A stretch of 64,000 bases of DNA from Saccharofermentans sp. (GTDB lineage Bacteria; Bacillota; Clostridia; Saccharofermentanales; Saccharofermentanaceae): positions 25,345 to 89,344 of the forward strand of contig JAIKZM010000088.1 of NCBI GenBank assembly GCA_024682215.1, given 5' to 3'. A program made the translations under genes and the position numbers. Below, in pieces: positions 41,167 through 51,055 of this stretch. The stretch's first letter is position 1. The number at the start of each line of letters is the position of its first letter. Below the pieces are notes generated by a model. The model was given only the letters and a program-made list of their open reading frames with translations, was not told the DNA's origin and ran no database searches.

Positions 41167-43113
41167 ATGGTTTCCCGCGGATTAAACAGATCCAGGCGTA
41201 TTACCGTTGCAGCCGCCGTGATCCTGGCGGTCTTGTTTGCGGTGCTCCTTATCATCAACGTTTTTCCCAGTATCAGGAAAGAAACAGTCATTAAAGGCCT
41301 TACAGAGTTCAAGACCGAGACTCTAGCGCCGGAAAGCACGGCAGAGAAGCGTTTCGACTGCACAATGGCAGGTTTTGACGCAATGGCATTCTTTATCCTT
41401 GGCGGTGACGCCACTTCTCTGTCCGTCACTGTAAATAATACCGATCTTGATAGAGATATCCTGAAAGATGTCCGCATAACCGGCAGTATGTGTTCACCGG
41501 AGGGCAAAGGCACCGTAATAAGGCTCAGCCGGCCTGACAGCACCAGGTTCGACCCCGGACATTACCGCGTCAGCATTACAAATACTGCGTCTTCACCTGC
41601 GGATCTCGTAGTCGAGAAAGAAGATGCATCCCTTACAGTCAGACTGTTCGTAAAGACCGTTACCGGTTATATAGTTTTTGCTGCCGTCTGCATTATGCTC
41701 CTTGCTTTTGCCGCTGCTTCCATTTGCATCTATTTGAAAGCAGGATCCGCATCCGTCATTTCTCCGGAAAGGATTTTTCTTGCAGCAGTTATCCCTCTGA
41801 GCATCGCCTGCATTTTCCTCATACCGCCCTGGAGTACGGGAGACAGCGAGGCTCATTATCTGGCATGTTACAGACTGTCCAATCTTTTCCTCGGACAGTC
41901 TGGCGACTATGAATGGATGGGAAGGACCGATGATGTGTTGTTTTTCAGGGATATCTGGTGGTCATCTACGACTCCCACAACGGGCGGCTACGAGATCTTA
42001 AAGAGCAATTTCCGTTTATTCGCGGAAGACGCTTCTCTGATAAAGATGACTTCCACGTCCGAGAAGATGAACTATTATTCGGTCTTCTGCTATATCCCCC
42101 AGACGCTTGCCCTGATAACAGGCCGCATTCTCGGATTCGGACCTGTTTTCAACTGCTATCTTGTAAAAGTATTCACGGCAGCATTTTATACAGTCTTATG
42201 CTACAGGGCGATCAGGAAAGCCCCTTACTGCAAGGGCATCATCGCATTGTGCGCAGTCCTGCCCTCTTCTCTCATGATGAGCGGAGCCTTTTCCTACGAC
42301 CCGATGGTCATTATAACCACGCTGAACTTCTTATCTTCCGTTCTTTTGCTCAAAGAATCACCTGATGACAAAAAAGCCCTTGCGTTTGCATGCATCTGGG
42401 CTTTCATACTCGGAGCCGTCAAGGGCGGCGGATACCTTATCCTCCTGCCTTTGCTCCTTATGATCCCTTCAAGGAAGAAGAGCTTCAAGCATATGGGAAA
42501 GTTCCTTCCTATGATCTGCGGCCTGTTTTCGGTTGCGATCTTTGATATGTTCCTTCCCGACCGCGGACTATACCAGTTCGGAAGCAAAGGAAACGGGTTC
42601 ATGACGGCATCTTTCGCTCTCGAAAACCCTGTTGCATATCTTGTCATGACAGTTAAGACCTATGCGCGTTTCGCAGGCGAAATGCTCGCGGATCTTTTCG
42701 GTTCAAAACTCTGCTGGGGCGAGAAAACAATTCCTTTTGTATTCACAGTTGTCATGCTGATCGCGCTCCTGATGATCGCAGCTTCTGACGAAAGGCTTGA
42801 TACGCTGAAAAAGAATGACATCATTATCATTTCGTCAGTTGTTCTGATCGCGCTGATTTCAACACCCGCTATGCTCCTTAGCTGGACGCCTGAAGGTTCC
42901 GACGTGATCCTCGGTATCCAGGGACACTATTTCCTGCCTGCCCTGCCTTTATTTGCGATCGCTGCAGGCAAAGGCCTGAGAGTTCTTTCGAAGAAGACGG
43001 GATTTATTAAGTCCAAAGCATTCAAAGCAGTGTGCGCATCCGCTTATCCGGTCATATTGATAATGACGTTCTTTGCATTCTATTTCATTATGCGTCTGTA
43101 TCTGACCCGATAA
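41167..43113 (+). CDS. DUF2142-like polytopic membrane protein (possible GT-C glycosyltransferase)
   Basis: PPWSTGDSEAH, YIPQTL, FSYD, GIQGHYFLP; many TM helices. Confidence 0.75.
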   Translation: MVSRGLNRSRRITVAAAVILAVLFAVLLIINVFPSIRKETVIKGLTEFKTETLAPESTAEKRFDCTMAGFDAMAFFILGGDATSLSVTVNNTDLDRDILKDVRITGSMCSPEGKGTVIRLSRPDSTRFDPGHYRVSITNTASSPADLVVEKEDASLTVRLFVKTVTGYIVFAAVCIMLLAFAAASICIYLKAGSASVISPERIFLAAVIPLSIACIFLIPPWSTGDSEAHYLACYRLSNLFLGQSGDYEWMGRTDDVLFFRDIWWSSTTPTTGGYEILKSNFRLFAEDASLIKMTSTSEKMNYYSVFCYIPQTLALITGRILGFGPVFNCYLVKVFTAAFYTVLCYRAIRKAPYCKGIIALCAVLPSSLMMSGAFSYDPMVIITTLNFLSSVLLLKESPDDKKALAFACIWAFILGAVKGGGYLILLPLLLMIPSRKKSFKHMGKFLPMICGLFSVAIFDMFLPDRGLYQFGSKGNGFMTASFALENPVAYLVMTVKTYARFAGEMLADLFGSKLCWGEKTIPFVFTVVMLIALLMIAASDERLDTLKKNDIIIISSVVLIALISTPAMLLSWTPEGSDVILGIQGHYFLPALPLFAIAAGKGLRVLSKKTGFIKSKAFKAVCASAYPVILIMTFFAFYFIMRLYLTR

Positions 43114-43120
43114 TTTCTGA

Positions 43121-45451
43121 TCAGTAGAATTCGAGGATCACGGCTCCGTCCGTGTCTGTTCTGTATATCAGGCTCCCTGCATCTTTCAGTCTTTCAACAG
43201 TCTTGGGCGAAGGATGTCCGTACAGATTGTTCTTTCCGACCTGTATCACTGATATTTCGGGTTTCACAACTTTAAGGAATGATGCCGAACTTGAGTACTT
43301 TGAACCGTGATGAGCCACTTTGAGCAGATCAACGTCAGTCAAAAAACCCCCGGATACAAGAAGCTCCTCAGTTTCAGAAGCGATATCACCCGTAAAGAGC
43401 ATTTTTATGTCTTTGCATTCAAGCACTGCGACAAGACTTCCCGGATTGCCGCCTGTAGTGCAGTTTTCAGGGTATATCACCCTTATCCTGACATCATCTG
43501 ACATCCCGATCACATCACCTGCCCTGATCTGCCCCAGATTTGCACGGAAACCTTCAGGATCACAGTTCCTGGACCGAAGTGATTTGTCGAAAGCCGCTGT
43601 ATCTGCGTCTTTTCCGGTAAATCCCGTAAAGATCCTTTCTATCCTTCCATCTTCATTCAGCGCCGCTATCCCGCCCGCATGATCCTGGTCCCAGTGCGTC
43701 ATCAAAGCGATATCAACCCGGCTGATGCCGTAATGATCAAGAACGGCAGATACGTTTCTTTCACCTTTCTCGTAAGTTCCGCTGTCGATGAGACACGTTC
43801 TGTTACCTGCGATTATCAGGCAGCAGTCACCCTGCCCGACATCCGCAAATATCACCTCAGCCTTTAACGGCTTAACAAACCCTGAAACCAGAAGACCGAT
43901 GCATGCAGCAACCATTAAGCATGAAACCCTGGAAAGCAGCTCTCTGATCGAAAACCGCGGCAGCAGTTTAAGTACGATAAACATCCAAAAAACAAGTATA
44001 AATACGGGATCTATCACTTTTCCCCTGCAAGATCCGAGGGCCAGGCTGCTTCCAATGCCGGTTATCTTTCTCAAAAGCCCAAGAAACAGGCATGACGGGG
44101 CCGAAAAAGCGTAGCCGGAGCCCTCCGGGAACAGCAAAGACAAAAAGACACCCGGAACAAACAATAAACAAATACCTTTTGCGAGAATGCCGCCAAGAGC
44201 CTGAACAGCGAACTGCACGATCCCGAACCTGCTGTCCAAAAGTCCTGTAAACGGCATTGTCCCGAGTACCGCGGCAGTCTGGGCGCTCAATGCGTTCCGG
44301 ATGCCTTTAGCTTTCTTCAAAAAGCGCATCATGTCTGCGATCCTGCCGGAAAGGAGCCTTATCGCTATACAAGCAGAGAAACTCAAAAGAAAACCCGTCC
44401 TGCATGAACAGAAAGGATCAGCAACCATCATGGCGAGTGCCGCTGCAGCCATTGCCGATACAGTATCCTTGCCTGCAAAAGATGTAGATGACATAAACGC
44501 AGCCCTTGTAACCGATTCACTCCAGCCCGTGACACATGCTGTCAGGAATGCAAAGAAAACATATATGCCGGCAGTTTTCCTCCTGTCGCGACAAAACGAA
44601 TTCAAGACATACGGCAACGTTGCCAGAAAACCCGCGAAATGAGTTCCTGACACGGCCAAAAGATGCGAACAGCCAGACAGCGCAAAATCACGGGTAACCT
44701 TCTCTTCTGCAAGAGACGAATCCCCCAGGCATACCGCAGCCAGCAAAGCCTTTTCTTCACTGCTCCTGCCGTAAGTAAACCTTTCAAACAGAAACCCGCG
44801 CAGCCTGAAACAGAGATCCGGAAAAGAAAGTATTGTTTTCATTACGCCTCCGGGTACGGAAACGGAGTGATACGAATCGGCATAGAACAGATACCTGATG
44901 CCTTTGCTCCTAAGATATGCAGGATGATCGAACTCACCGGGATTGCCCGGACTCTCGGGTTCCTTAAACCTTCCGCAAGTCCGGAACACCTCACCGGGCC
45001 GCAGATCAGGAGCCTCCATCTCCTTATTGAACCTCAATTCGGCTCTGACACCCTGTAGCTCAACAGTTATGCGGTTTGTGCCAGACAGTTTTCTCTCGCA
45101 CGACAAGACCGTACCCGTAAAATAGTCCTCACCGCTTTCGGGACATGATGCCCCGAGCACCAAAAGGATACGCAAACAACATAAAACGACAAGCAATAGG
45201 CTTATAAGCGAACAAGACAAAACAGAGAGAACTCGTTTTTTGAAGGCATATACAGACACTGAAATCAGAAAGATCACTGACAGGATAACCGGAACTATGC
45301 TCTCCGAAACATAAGTAAGACAGCAGGCAGCAAAGAGCAAAATGGCAGGAACAAGCAAAGGCCTTTTCAGCATGCGTTCCGCGATCTCACTTAGCATGCC
45401 CGAATCAGCCGTTCTTGGAATATTCAGTTTTATTCTGTTAAAATCTGTCAT
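43121..45451 (-). CDS. comEC: DNA internalization competence protein ComEC/Rec2
   Basis: OB-like domain with NPGEFD; SHLLAVSGTH competence domain; MBL domain DVGQGD, THWDQDHAGG, FTGD, KVAHHGS, NLYGHP, RTDTDGA. Confidence 0.95.
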   Translation of the reverse strand: MTDFNRIKLNIPRTADSGMLSEIAERMLKRPLLVPAILLFAACCLTYVSESIVPVILSVIFLISVSVYAFKKRVLSVLSCSLISLLLVVLCCLRILLVLGASCPESGEDYFTGTVLSCERKLSGTNRITVELQGVRAELRFNKEMEAPDLRPGEVFRTCGRFKEPESPGNPGEFDHPAYLRSKGIRYLFYADSYHSVSVPGGVMKTILSFPDLCFRLRGFLFERFTYGRSSEEKALLAAVCLGDSSLAEEKVTRDFALSGCSHLLAVSGTHFAGFLATLPYVLNSFCRDRRKTAGIYVFFAFLTACVTGWSESVTRAAFMSSTSFAGKDTVSAMAAAALAMMVADPFCSCRTGFLLSFSACIAIRLLSGRIADMMRFLKKAKGIRNALSAQTAAVLGTMPFTGLLDSRFGIVQFAVQALGGILAKGICLLFVPGVFLSLLFPEGSGYAFSAPSCLFLGLLRKITGIGSSLALGSCRGKVIDPVFILVFWMFIVLKLLPRFSIRELLSRVSCLMVAACIGLLVSGFVKPLKAEVIFADVGQGDCCLIIAGNRTCLIDSGTYEKGERNVSAVLDHYGISRVDIALMTHWDQDHAGGIAALNEDGRIERIFTGFTGKDADTAAFDKSLRSRNCDPEGFRANLGQIRAGDVIGMSDDVRIRVIYPENCTTGGNPGSLVAVLECKDIKMLFTGDIASETEELLVSGGFLTDVDLLKVAHHGSKYSSSASFLKVVKPEISVIQVGKNNLYGHPSPKTVERLKDAGSLIYRTDTDGAVILEFY

Positions 45452-45496
45452 GATTTGATTTTAAAGAGCAATCAGCTCCAAATCATCGTCAAAATG

Positions 45497-45525
45497 CTTA
45501 CAAATACCGACAAACACCGACAAAG
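45497..45525 (-). promoter_or_regulatory. 29-bp element of 10-bp direct repeats upstream of comEC (copy 2)
   Basis: Minus strand C-TTTGTCGGTG-TTTGTCGGTA-TTTGTAAG; 28/29 identical to 28020-28048. Confidence 0.8.
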
Positions 45526-45536
45526 TGAACATCTTT

Positions 45537-46142
45537 ATGAACGATACGAACATCAACTTTAATAATATGAAATACAAGATAACCTGCGCTGACGTGAAGG
45601 GGCTTCCCGTTACGGAGCTGCCGGAGATCGTCATATCAGGCAGGTCAAATGCCGGCAAATCCTCACTTGTCAACGCTCTGGCATCTTCCAACAAACTCGC
45701 AAGAGTATCTTCAAAACCCGGAAAGACCAGAGAAATCATATATTTTGACCTCGACGGAAAGGCTTTGGTAGCAGATCTTCCGGGATACGGCTATTCCGCT
45801 GCCTCAAAGGAAGTAACAGCAAAGTTTTCAGACCTTTGCGACAACTATTTCAGATGCGGAAGAAAGATATCACTCGTATTATTCCTCATGGACATCAGAA
45901 GGACTCCTTCTGATGAAGACATCGGAATGCTCGAATTTCTTAACAATGCCGGTATTCCCTACATCATGGTATTTACCAAATGCGACAAGTTTTCCAATGC
46001 GGAGATCAGAAAACAGCTCGGTATCCTGTCAGGATATTTTGATTTCAAGGAAGATGCCCAGGTCTTTGCAGTTTCCTCCAAGGATAAGAAAGGAATCAGC
46101 GACTTAAAACAGGCTATTTCAGACATAATTAGCAGAGTCTAA
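45537..46142 (+). CDS. engB: Ribosome biogenesis GTPase EngB/YsxC
   Basis: GRSNAGKSS, SSKPGKT, DLPGYGY, TKCDK. Confidence 0.94.
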   Translation: MNDTNINFNNMKYKITCADVKGLPVTELPEIVISGRSNAGKSSLVNALASSNKLARVSSKPGKTREIIYFDLDGKALVADLPGYGYSAASKEVTAKFSDLCDNYFRCGRKISLVLFLMDIRRTPSDEDIGMLEFLNNAGIPYIMVFTKCDKFSNAEIRKQLGILSGYFDFKEDAQVFAVSSKDKKGISDLKQAISDIISRV

Positions 46143-46281
46143 CTATGCAATACATAAAGCAATACAAAAACATCAACAACTTTCCTTTTGCTTTTCGTGC
46201 AAAAAATTCAAAGATTGTCATTTGAAACGGAAAAATTATCCTTTAATATTTAAGTATTAAAAAGGAGGGGTTTGGTCTGCG

Positions 46282-47499
46282 ATGAGCGATCTGTATGTCA
46301 GTTCCGGTTTTGATCAGGCTTCTTTGCCCCCTTTCGGACCCATCGGCATTATTTCACATACTGCAAATAAGGAATTCGTTAAGAGCGTTTCCGACGTTAT
46401 TTTCAGTAAAAGGTCCGCACGCGTTGAGAAAAAGAGCAATCCCTACGTAAACAGTCCCGGATATTGCAGATCCGACTATATCATCGATTCAACCTTCAAC
46501 AGATACGATAACGGCGAAGGCACTTTCTCTTTGCTTGAAAGTGTCCGAGGTCATGACATGTACATTATTACTGATGTTCTCGCACACAGTTACAGCTATG
46601 AACTTGTCGAAGGCGATCATGTCATCAGCCCTGATGACCATTACAGGGATCTTTTGAGGATAATCACCGTTCTTAAGGGCAAAGCCAAGCGTATCAATGT
46701 CATCATGCCTTTCGTTTACGAAGGAAGGCGTGAGAAGCTCGATTCCCACAGAGAGTCCTGGGATTGTGCCGAAATGCTCAAAAAGCTTTATGAACTCGGC
46801 ATTTCAAACCTTATCATTTTTGATCCTCATGACGGCAGGATCGAAAATGCAGTACCTCTTATGAGCATTGAGTATCCCAGATGTCAGTTTAAATTGACTT
46901 CTTCTCTTCTCAACCGCTTCAGCTCCATTAAATTGGATAAAGATAATACTATCGTTGTCAGCCCTGACGAGACAGGTGTCTCGAGGGCGATTTTTTACTC
47001 TTCTCACCTGAACCTGCCTCTGGGCATCTTCTACCGTGACAGGGATTACACCACTAAGATCAACGGTGAACATCCCATCAAGCAGTTCAAATACTTAGGC
47101 GACAGTGTTAAAGACAAAGACATTCTTCTTATCGATGACATGATCAATTCCGGAAACACCATGCTCAGCACTGCTGAGAAGCTTAAGAATTACGGAGCTG
47201 CCAATATCTACTGCCTCGCGCCATACGGTCTGTTCACCGGCGGACTCAGCGTTTTTGATGAAGCCTTTGAAAAAGGCATTATCAAGGCTGTCTGCTGCAC
47301 GAACCTTATCTACAGGTCTCCCGAGCTGCTGCAGCGCGAATGGTATGTTGATGCGAACATGATCCCCTACGTCGCGAGGATCATCGAAGCACTCAACCTC
47401 GACGAGTCGATCTACGACCTCATCAACTCAACAACAAGACTTACCGACCTTGCCAGCCAGATAAGGATCGGAGAGCTTTTTGAAACTAAAGACGAATAA
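46282..47499 (+). CDS. prs: Ribose-phosphate pyrophosphokinase, divergent paralog
   Basis: ESVRGHD, SPDDHY, FDPHD, VSPDETG, IDDMINSGNT. Confidence 0.82.
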   Translation: MSDLYVSSGFDQASLPPFGPIGIISHTANKEFVKSVSDVIFSKRSARVEKKSNPYVNSPGYCRSDYIIDSTFNRYDNGEGTFSLLESVRGHDMYIITDVLAHSYSYELVEGDHVISPDDHYRDLLRIITVLKGKAKRINVIMPFVYEGRREKLDSHRESWDCAEMLKKLYELGISNLIIFDPHDGRIENAVPLMSIEYPRCQFKLTSSLLNRFSSIKLDKDNTIVVSPDETGVSRAIFYSSHLNLPLGIFYRDRDYTTKINGEHPIKQFKYLGDSVKDKDILLIDDMINSGNTMLSTAEKLKNYGAANIYCLAPYGLFTGGLSVFDEAFEKGIIKAVCCTNLIYRSPELLQREWYVDANMIPYVARIIEALNLDESIYDLINSTTRLTDLASQIRIGELFETKDE

Positions 47500-47535
47500 A
47501 AGTAACAGCAACATAAGAAAGGCAGGCTGCACACT

Positions 47536-48741
47536 ATGACTTCAGCATCCGATGAAAAAGCTTATTCACGTTATGACCAATACGGTGATAACCCGATGGC
47601 ACCGGTTGGCCCTATCGGCCTTCTCGCTCTCAAAGGAAGTGAGGAATTTACCGAGAAAGTCAACTTCTATCTGAATAAGAGACGTTCGGAATACCAGAAA
47701 GAGCAATTCGTCAACACTTATCCCGGATTCTTCAGAGAGGACTATACGATCCCTCTTGAGAATGCAAGATTCTCTTCCGGCGAAGGTAAAGCAGTCGTTA
47801 AGAACACCGTCAGAGGCCATGACCTCTACCTCATCAGCGATGTCATGAACTGCTCCTGCACATACAAGATGTTCGGTCAGGACAACAGGATGAGTCCTGA
47901 CGATCACTATCAGGACCTTAAGCGTGTAATACTCGCCTGCTCCGGTAAATCAAGACGTATCAATGTCATCATGCCTTATCTTTACGAAGGCCGTCAGCAC
48001 AAGAGAAACGCCAGAGAGTCTCTGGACTGCGCTTTCGCACTTGAAGAGCTTTATGAGCTCGGTGTTGCAAACATCATCACTTTCGATGCTCACGACGAGC
48101 GTGTTGCAAATGCTATTCCTCTCGCAGGCTTTGAGAGCCTCCCTACCACATATCAGATCATCAAGGAAATGTACCGTCAGATCCCTGACCTGAGCTTCTC
48201 CAACGGCAAGTTCATGATAATCTCACCTGATGAAGGCGGTATCTCCAGAGCTATGTACTATGCATCCATCCTCGGAGTGCCTCTCGGAACTTTCTATAAG
48301 AGAAGAGACTATACTACTGTCGTTAACGGACGTAACCCGATCGTTGCACACGAGTTCCTCGGTGATTCCGTTGAAGGCAAGGACATCCTCATCATCGATG
48401 ACATGATTTCCTCCGGTGACTCCATCCTCGATATCGCCCGCGAAATGAAGCAGAGAGGCGCAAACAGAGTCCTCTGCGCCGTTACTTTCGGTCTCTTCAC
48501 CGAAGGCATCGACAAGTTCAACCAGGCATACGAGGAAGGCATCATCACAAAGGTATTTGCAACGAACCTCATCTACAGACGTCCTGAACTCCTTCAGGCT
48601 CCCTGGTTTGCAGACGTCAATCTCTGCAAGTTCGTTGCTCTTCTTATCGACGCGATCAACCACGACGCTTCCCTGTCCAACCTCATCAATCCTACCGAGA
48701 AGATCAAAAAGCTCCTCAAGACAAAGGAAAACATCGGTTAA
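47536..48741 (+). CDS. prs: Ribose-phosphate pyrophosphokinase (long clostridial type)
   Basis: RFSSGEGK, PYLYEGRQHK, FDAHD, SPDEGG, FYKRRDY, IDDMISSG. Confidence 0.93.
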   Translation: MTSASDEKAYSRYDQYGDNPMAPVGPIGLLALKGSEEFTEKVNFYLNKRRSEYQKEQFVNTYPGFFREDYTIPLENARFSSGEGKAVVKNTVRGHDLYLISDVMNCSCTYKMFGQDNRMSPDDHYQDLKRVILACSGKSRRINVIMPYLYEGRQHKRNARESLDCAFALEELYELGVANIITFDAHDERVANAIPLAGFESLPTTYQIIKEMYRQIPDLSFSNGKFMIISPDEGGISRAMYYASILGVPLGTFYKRRDYTTVVNGRNPIVAHEFLGDSVEGKDILIIDDMISSGDSILDIAREMKQRGANRVLCAVTFGLFTEGIDKFNQAYEEGIITKVFATNLIYRRPELLQAPWFADVNLCKFVALLIDAINHDASLSNLINPTEKIKKLLKTKENIG

Positions 48742-48744
48742 GAC

Positions 48745-49128
48745 ATGGCAACGCGCGCATCCGGAAAATCATCGGGAACCAGAAGGACCTCCTCTTCAAC
48801 AACGAGAAGGTCCTCTTCAACCGGTTCCAAAAAACCTGCTTCAAGCCGTCAGGGCACTTCTTCCAGAAGATCTGCCCCTGTTCAGTCTGAGCCTGGTTTT
48901 GCTGAAAGGATCAAATCAAGTCCTATCCTCAGCCGCATGATGATGCCGATCATCTTCATCATTGTTGTAATGGTGATCGTAGGCATCGATCTTCTGTTTG
49001 CATGGAATGATTTTTCCAGATTTTTCAAGATACTTGGTGTTGAGATCCTTGCAGCCGTCATAGTATGGGTACTTAAGATGGTGTTCTCAAAGTCCAGATC
49101 TTCTGAAGACCCGGTTTCCGAGGTATAA
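48745..49128 (+). CDS. Hypothetical membrane protein with a basic Ser/Arg-rich N-terminus and two TM helices
   Basis: Tightly packed between prs and rqcH; two hydrophobic segments. Confidence 0.7.
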   Translation: MATRASGKSSGTRRTSSSTTRRSSSTGSKKPASSRQGTSSRRSAPVQSEPGFAERIKSSPILSRMMMPIIFIIVVMVIVGIDLLFAWNDFSRFFKILGVEILAAVIVWVLKMVFSKSRSSEDPVSEV

Positions 49129-49132
49129 AGAC

Positions 49133-51055
49133 TTGCCCTTAGACGGAATTACCTGCCAGCTTTTAGCAGATGACCTTAATAAGAGTCTGTCCGGTTCACG
49201 CATCGACAAGATCTTCATGCCGGACAGGCATTCAATCGTCCTTCACATAAGAACGCAGGAAGGTGTAAAAAAGCTGCTTATCTGCGCTGACCCGTCCCTT
49301 CCACGCATCATGATCACCGACGACGTCAAGGACAACCCTGCCCTCCCGCCGTCATTTTGCATGCTCCTGCGTAAATACATTGCCGGAGCAAGGATAAACT
49401 GTGTCACGGACCCCGGATACGAGCGCGTCATTGAGATACACTGCTCCAACACAGACGAATTAAGGGATGTTAAGGATTACAGACTCATAGTCGAGCTTAT
49501 GGGCCGTTTTTCGAACATCGTCCTCGTCAACGGATCGGGTAAGATCCTCGATTCCTCCATACACGTTGATTTCGAGGTTTCCAAGCTCAGAGAAGTCATG
49601 CCCGCCAGGGTCTACAGCTATCCGCCGGCTCAAAATAAGCTTTCGGCCGAAGAAGCTCTCGATATGATCCGCAAAGGCGAGCTTCCTATAATCGAAGACG
49701 AAAAATCACGCCCGATCGGCAAGGCGCTGGTAAATTCCATAAAAGGCATGTCCCCTGTTCTTTCAAGACAGCTCTGCCTTCAGTCTGATGCAGATGAACG
49801 CCAAACGATAACTCTAATGGGCGAAGAATCCCGCCAGAGGCTTCTTTCAAGGCTTGAAGGATTTCTTTCCGCAATTGCCGGCAGGACTTACACGCCACTC
49901 GTCTATTTTGATGAATGCAATATTCCGGTCGAGTTTGCTCCCATGGAGCTTTCCGGTTACAGCAGTTCAAAGGCGATGGGATCGATCTCCGAGGCCATCA
50001 GCGTTTACTACGATGCCAAATTTTCCGAGATGGATCTCGATGCCGGAAAGCACAGATTAAGGCAGATAACCGACAGTGCCCTCTCCAAGGTCATCAAAAA
50101 GAAAGAAGTGCACGAAACTGATGCCGCTGAAGGTGCAAAAGCTGACGAATACAAGCACTACGGAGACGTCATACTCACATATAAGTACATGATCAAGCCT
50201 CAGGATTCAGTTCTTAACACCGAGGATTACACCACTGACCCGCCTTCTCTCATTTCGATCCCGCTCGATCCTTCACTCGATGCCTCCGGAAATGCGCAGG
50301 ACTATTACCGCCGTTTCCGCAAAGCAAAGCGCAAGGCTGAAATGTCCGAGGAATACATCAAAGAAGACGATCTAGCCATCATGTACCTGAGATCCGTAAA
50401 GACAGCTATCGATGCCGCCGTAACTCAGGAAGACCTTGATGCCATCAACGAAGAGATCAAGGCCGAGGTCAACGGTTCACATGCCGTACGAACGGTTAAC
50501 AGGCAGAATGCAGGCGATCCGAACAGAATGGTCGGCATATCCAAGTCCGGAAAGGCATCTTCCAGAGCCCTGCGCGAAGCCGCAAAGCGCGCAAATGCCA
50601 AGAAAAACAACAAACCGGGCAAGAATACGGAAAAAGCCCTTCCCTACCGCAGATACAGATCAGCAGACGGTCATGAGATCATATGCGGAAGGAGTAATAT
50701 CCAGAACGAGAAGCTCACATTTACCACCGCTTCACGAAAAACTGACTGGTGGTTCCACGTTAAGGGACTTCCGGGAACCCATGTAATCCTCAAGCCTTTT
50801 GATAACGAGGACATGCCTTCGGATTCTTCCATTCTTGAAGCCGCATCACTCGCCGCATTCTTCTCAAAGAGCATAATCCTTGAGGAACACAATGCCGCAG
50901 AAGGCTCGAGAGCCGGCAAGCTCAAGGCTGAGGTCGATTACTGTCCTGTCTCCCATGTAAAGAAAATACCGGGCGCAAAACCCGGCATGGTCATTTACGA
51001 GAATTACTATTCCGTACTGGTGGATTCCGAAGAGCCGAAAGAGCGTCTTTCTTAA
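49133..51055 (+). CDS. rqcH: Ribosome quality control factor RqcH (NFACT/FbpA family)
   Basis: MPLDG, FCMLLRKY, VELMGRFSNI, NAQDYYRRFRKAK, GRSNIQNE, WFHVKGLPGTHV. Confidence 0.92.
   Translation: MPLDGITCQLLADDLNKSLSGSRIDKIFMPDRHSIVLHIRTQEGVKKLLICADPSLPRIMITDDVKDNPALPPSFCMLLRKYIAGARINCVTDPGYERVIEIHCSNTDELRDVKDYRLIVELMGRFSNIVLVNGSGKILDSSIHVDFEVSKLREVMPARVYSYPPAQNKLSAEEALDMIRKGELPIIEDEKSRPIGKALVNSIKGMSPVLSRQLCLQSDADERQTITLMGEESRQRLLSRLEGFLSAIAGRTYTPLVYFDECNIPVEFAPMELSGYSSSKAMGSISEAISVYYDAKFSEMDLDAGKHRLRQITDSALSKVIKKKEVHETDAAEGAKADEYKHYGDVILTYKYMIKPQDSVLNTEDYTTDPPSLISIPLDPSLDASGNAQDYYRRFRKAKRKAEMSEEYIKEDDLAIMYLRSVKTAIDAAVTQEDLDAINEEIKAEVNGSHAVRTVNRQNAGDPNRMVGISKSGKASSRALREAAKRANAKKNNKPGKNTEKALPYRRYRSADGHEIICGRSNIQNEKLTFTTASRKTDWWFHVKGLPGTHVILKPFDNEDMPSDSSILEAASLAAFFSKSIILEEHNAAEGSRAGKLKAEVDYCPVSHVKKIPGAKPGMVIYENYYSVLVDSEEPKERLS

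Noticed and set aside
46147-46170. GCAATACA repeated with a 12-bp period upstream of prs
   Set aside because: Only two short units in an AT-rich spacer, with no second site found.
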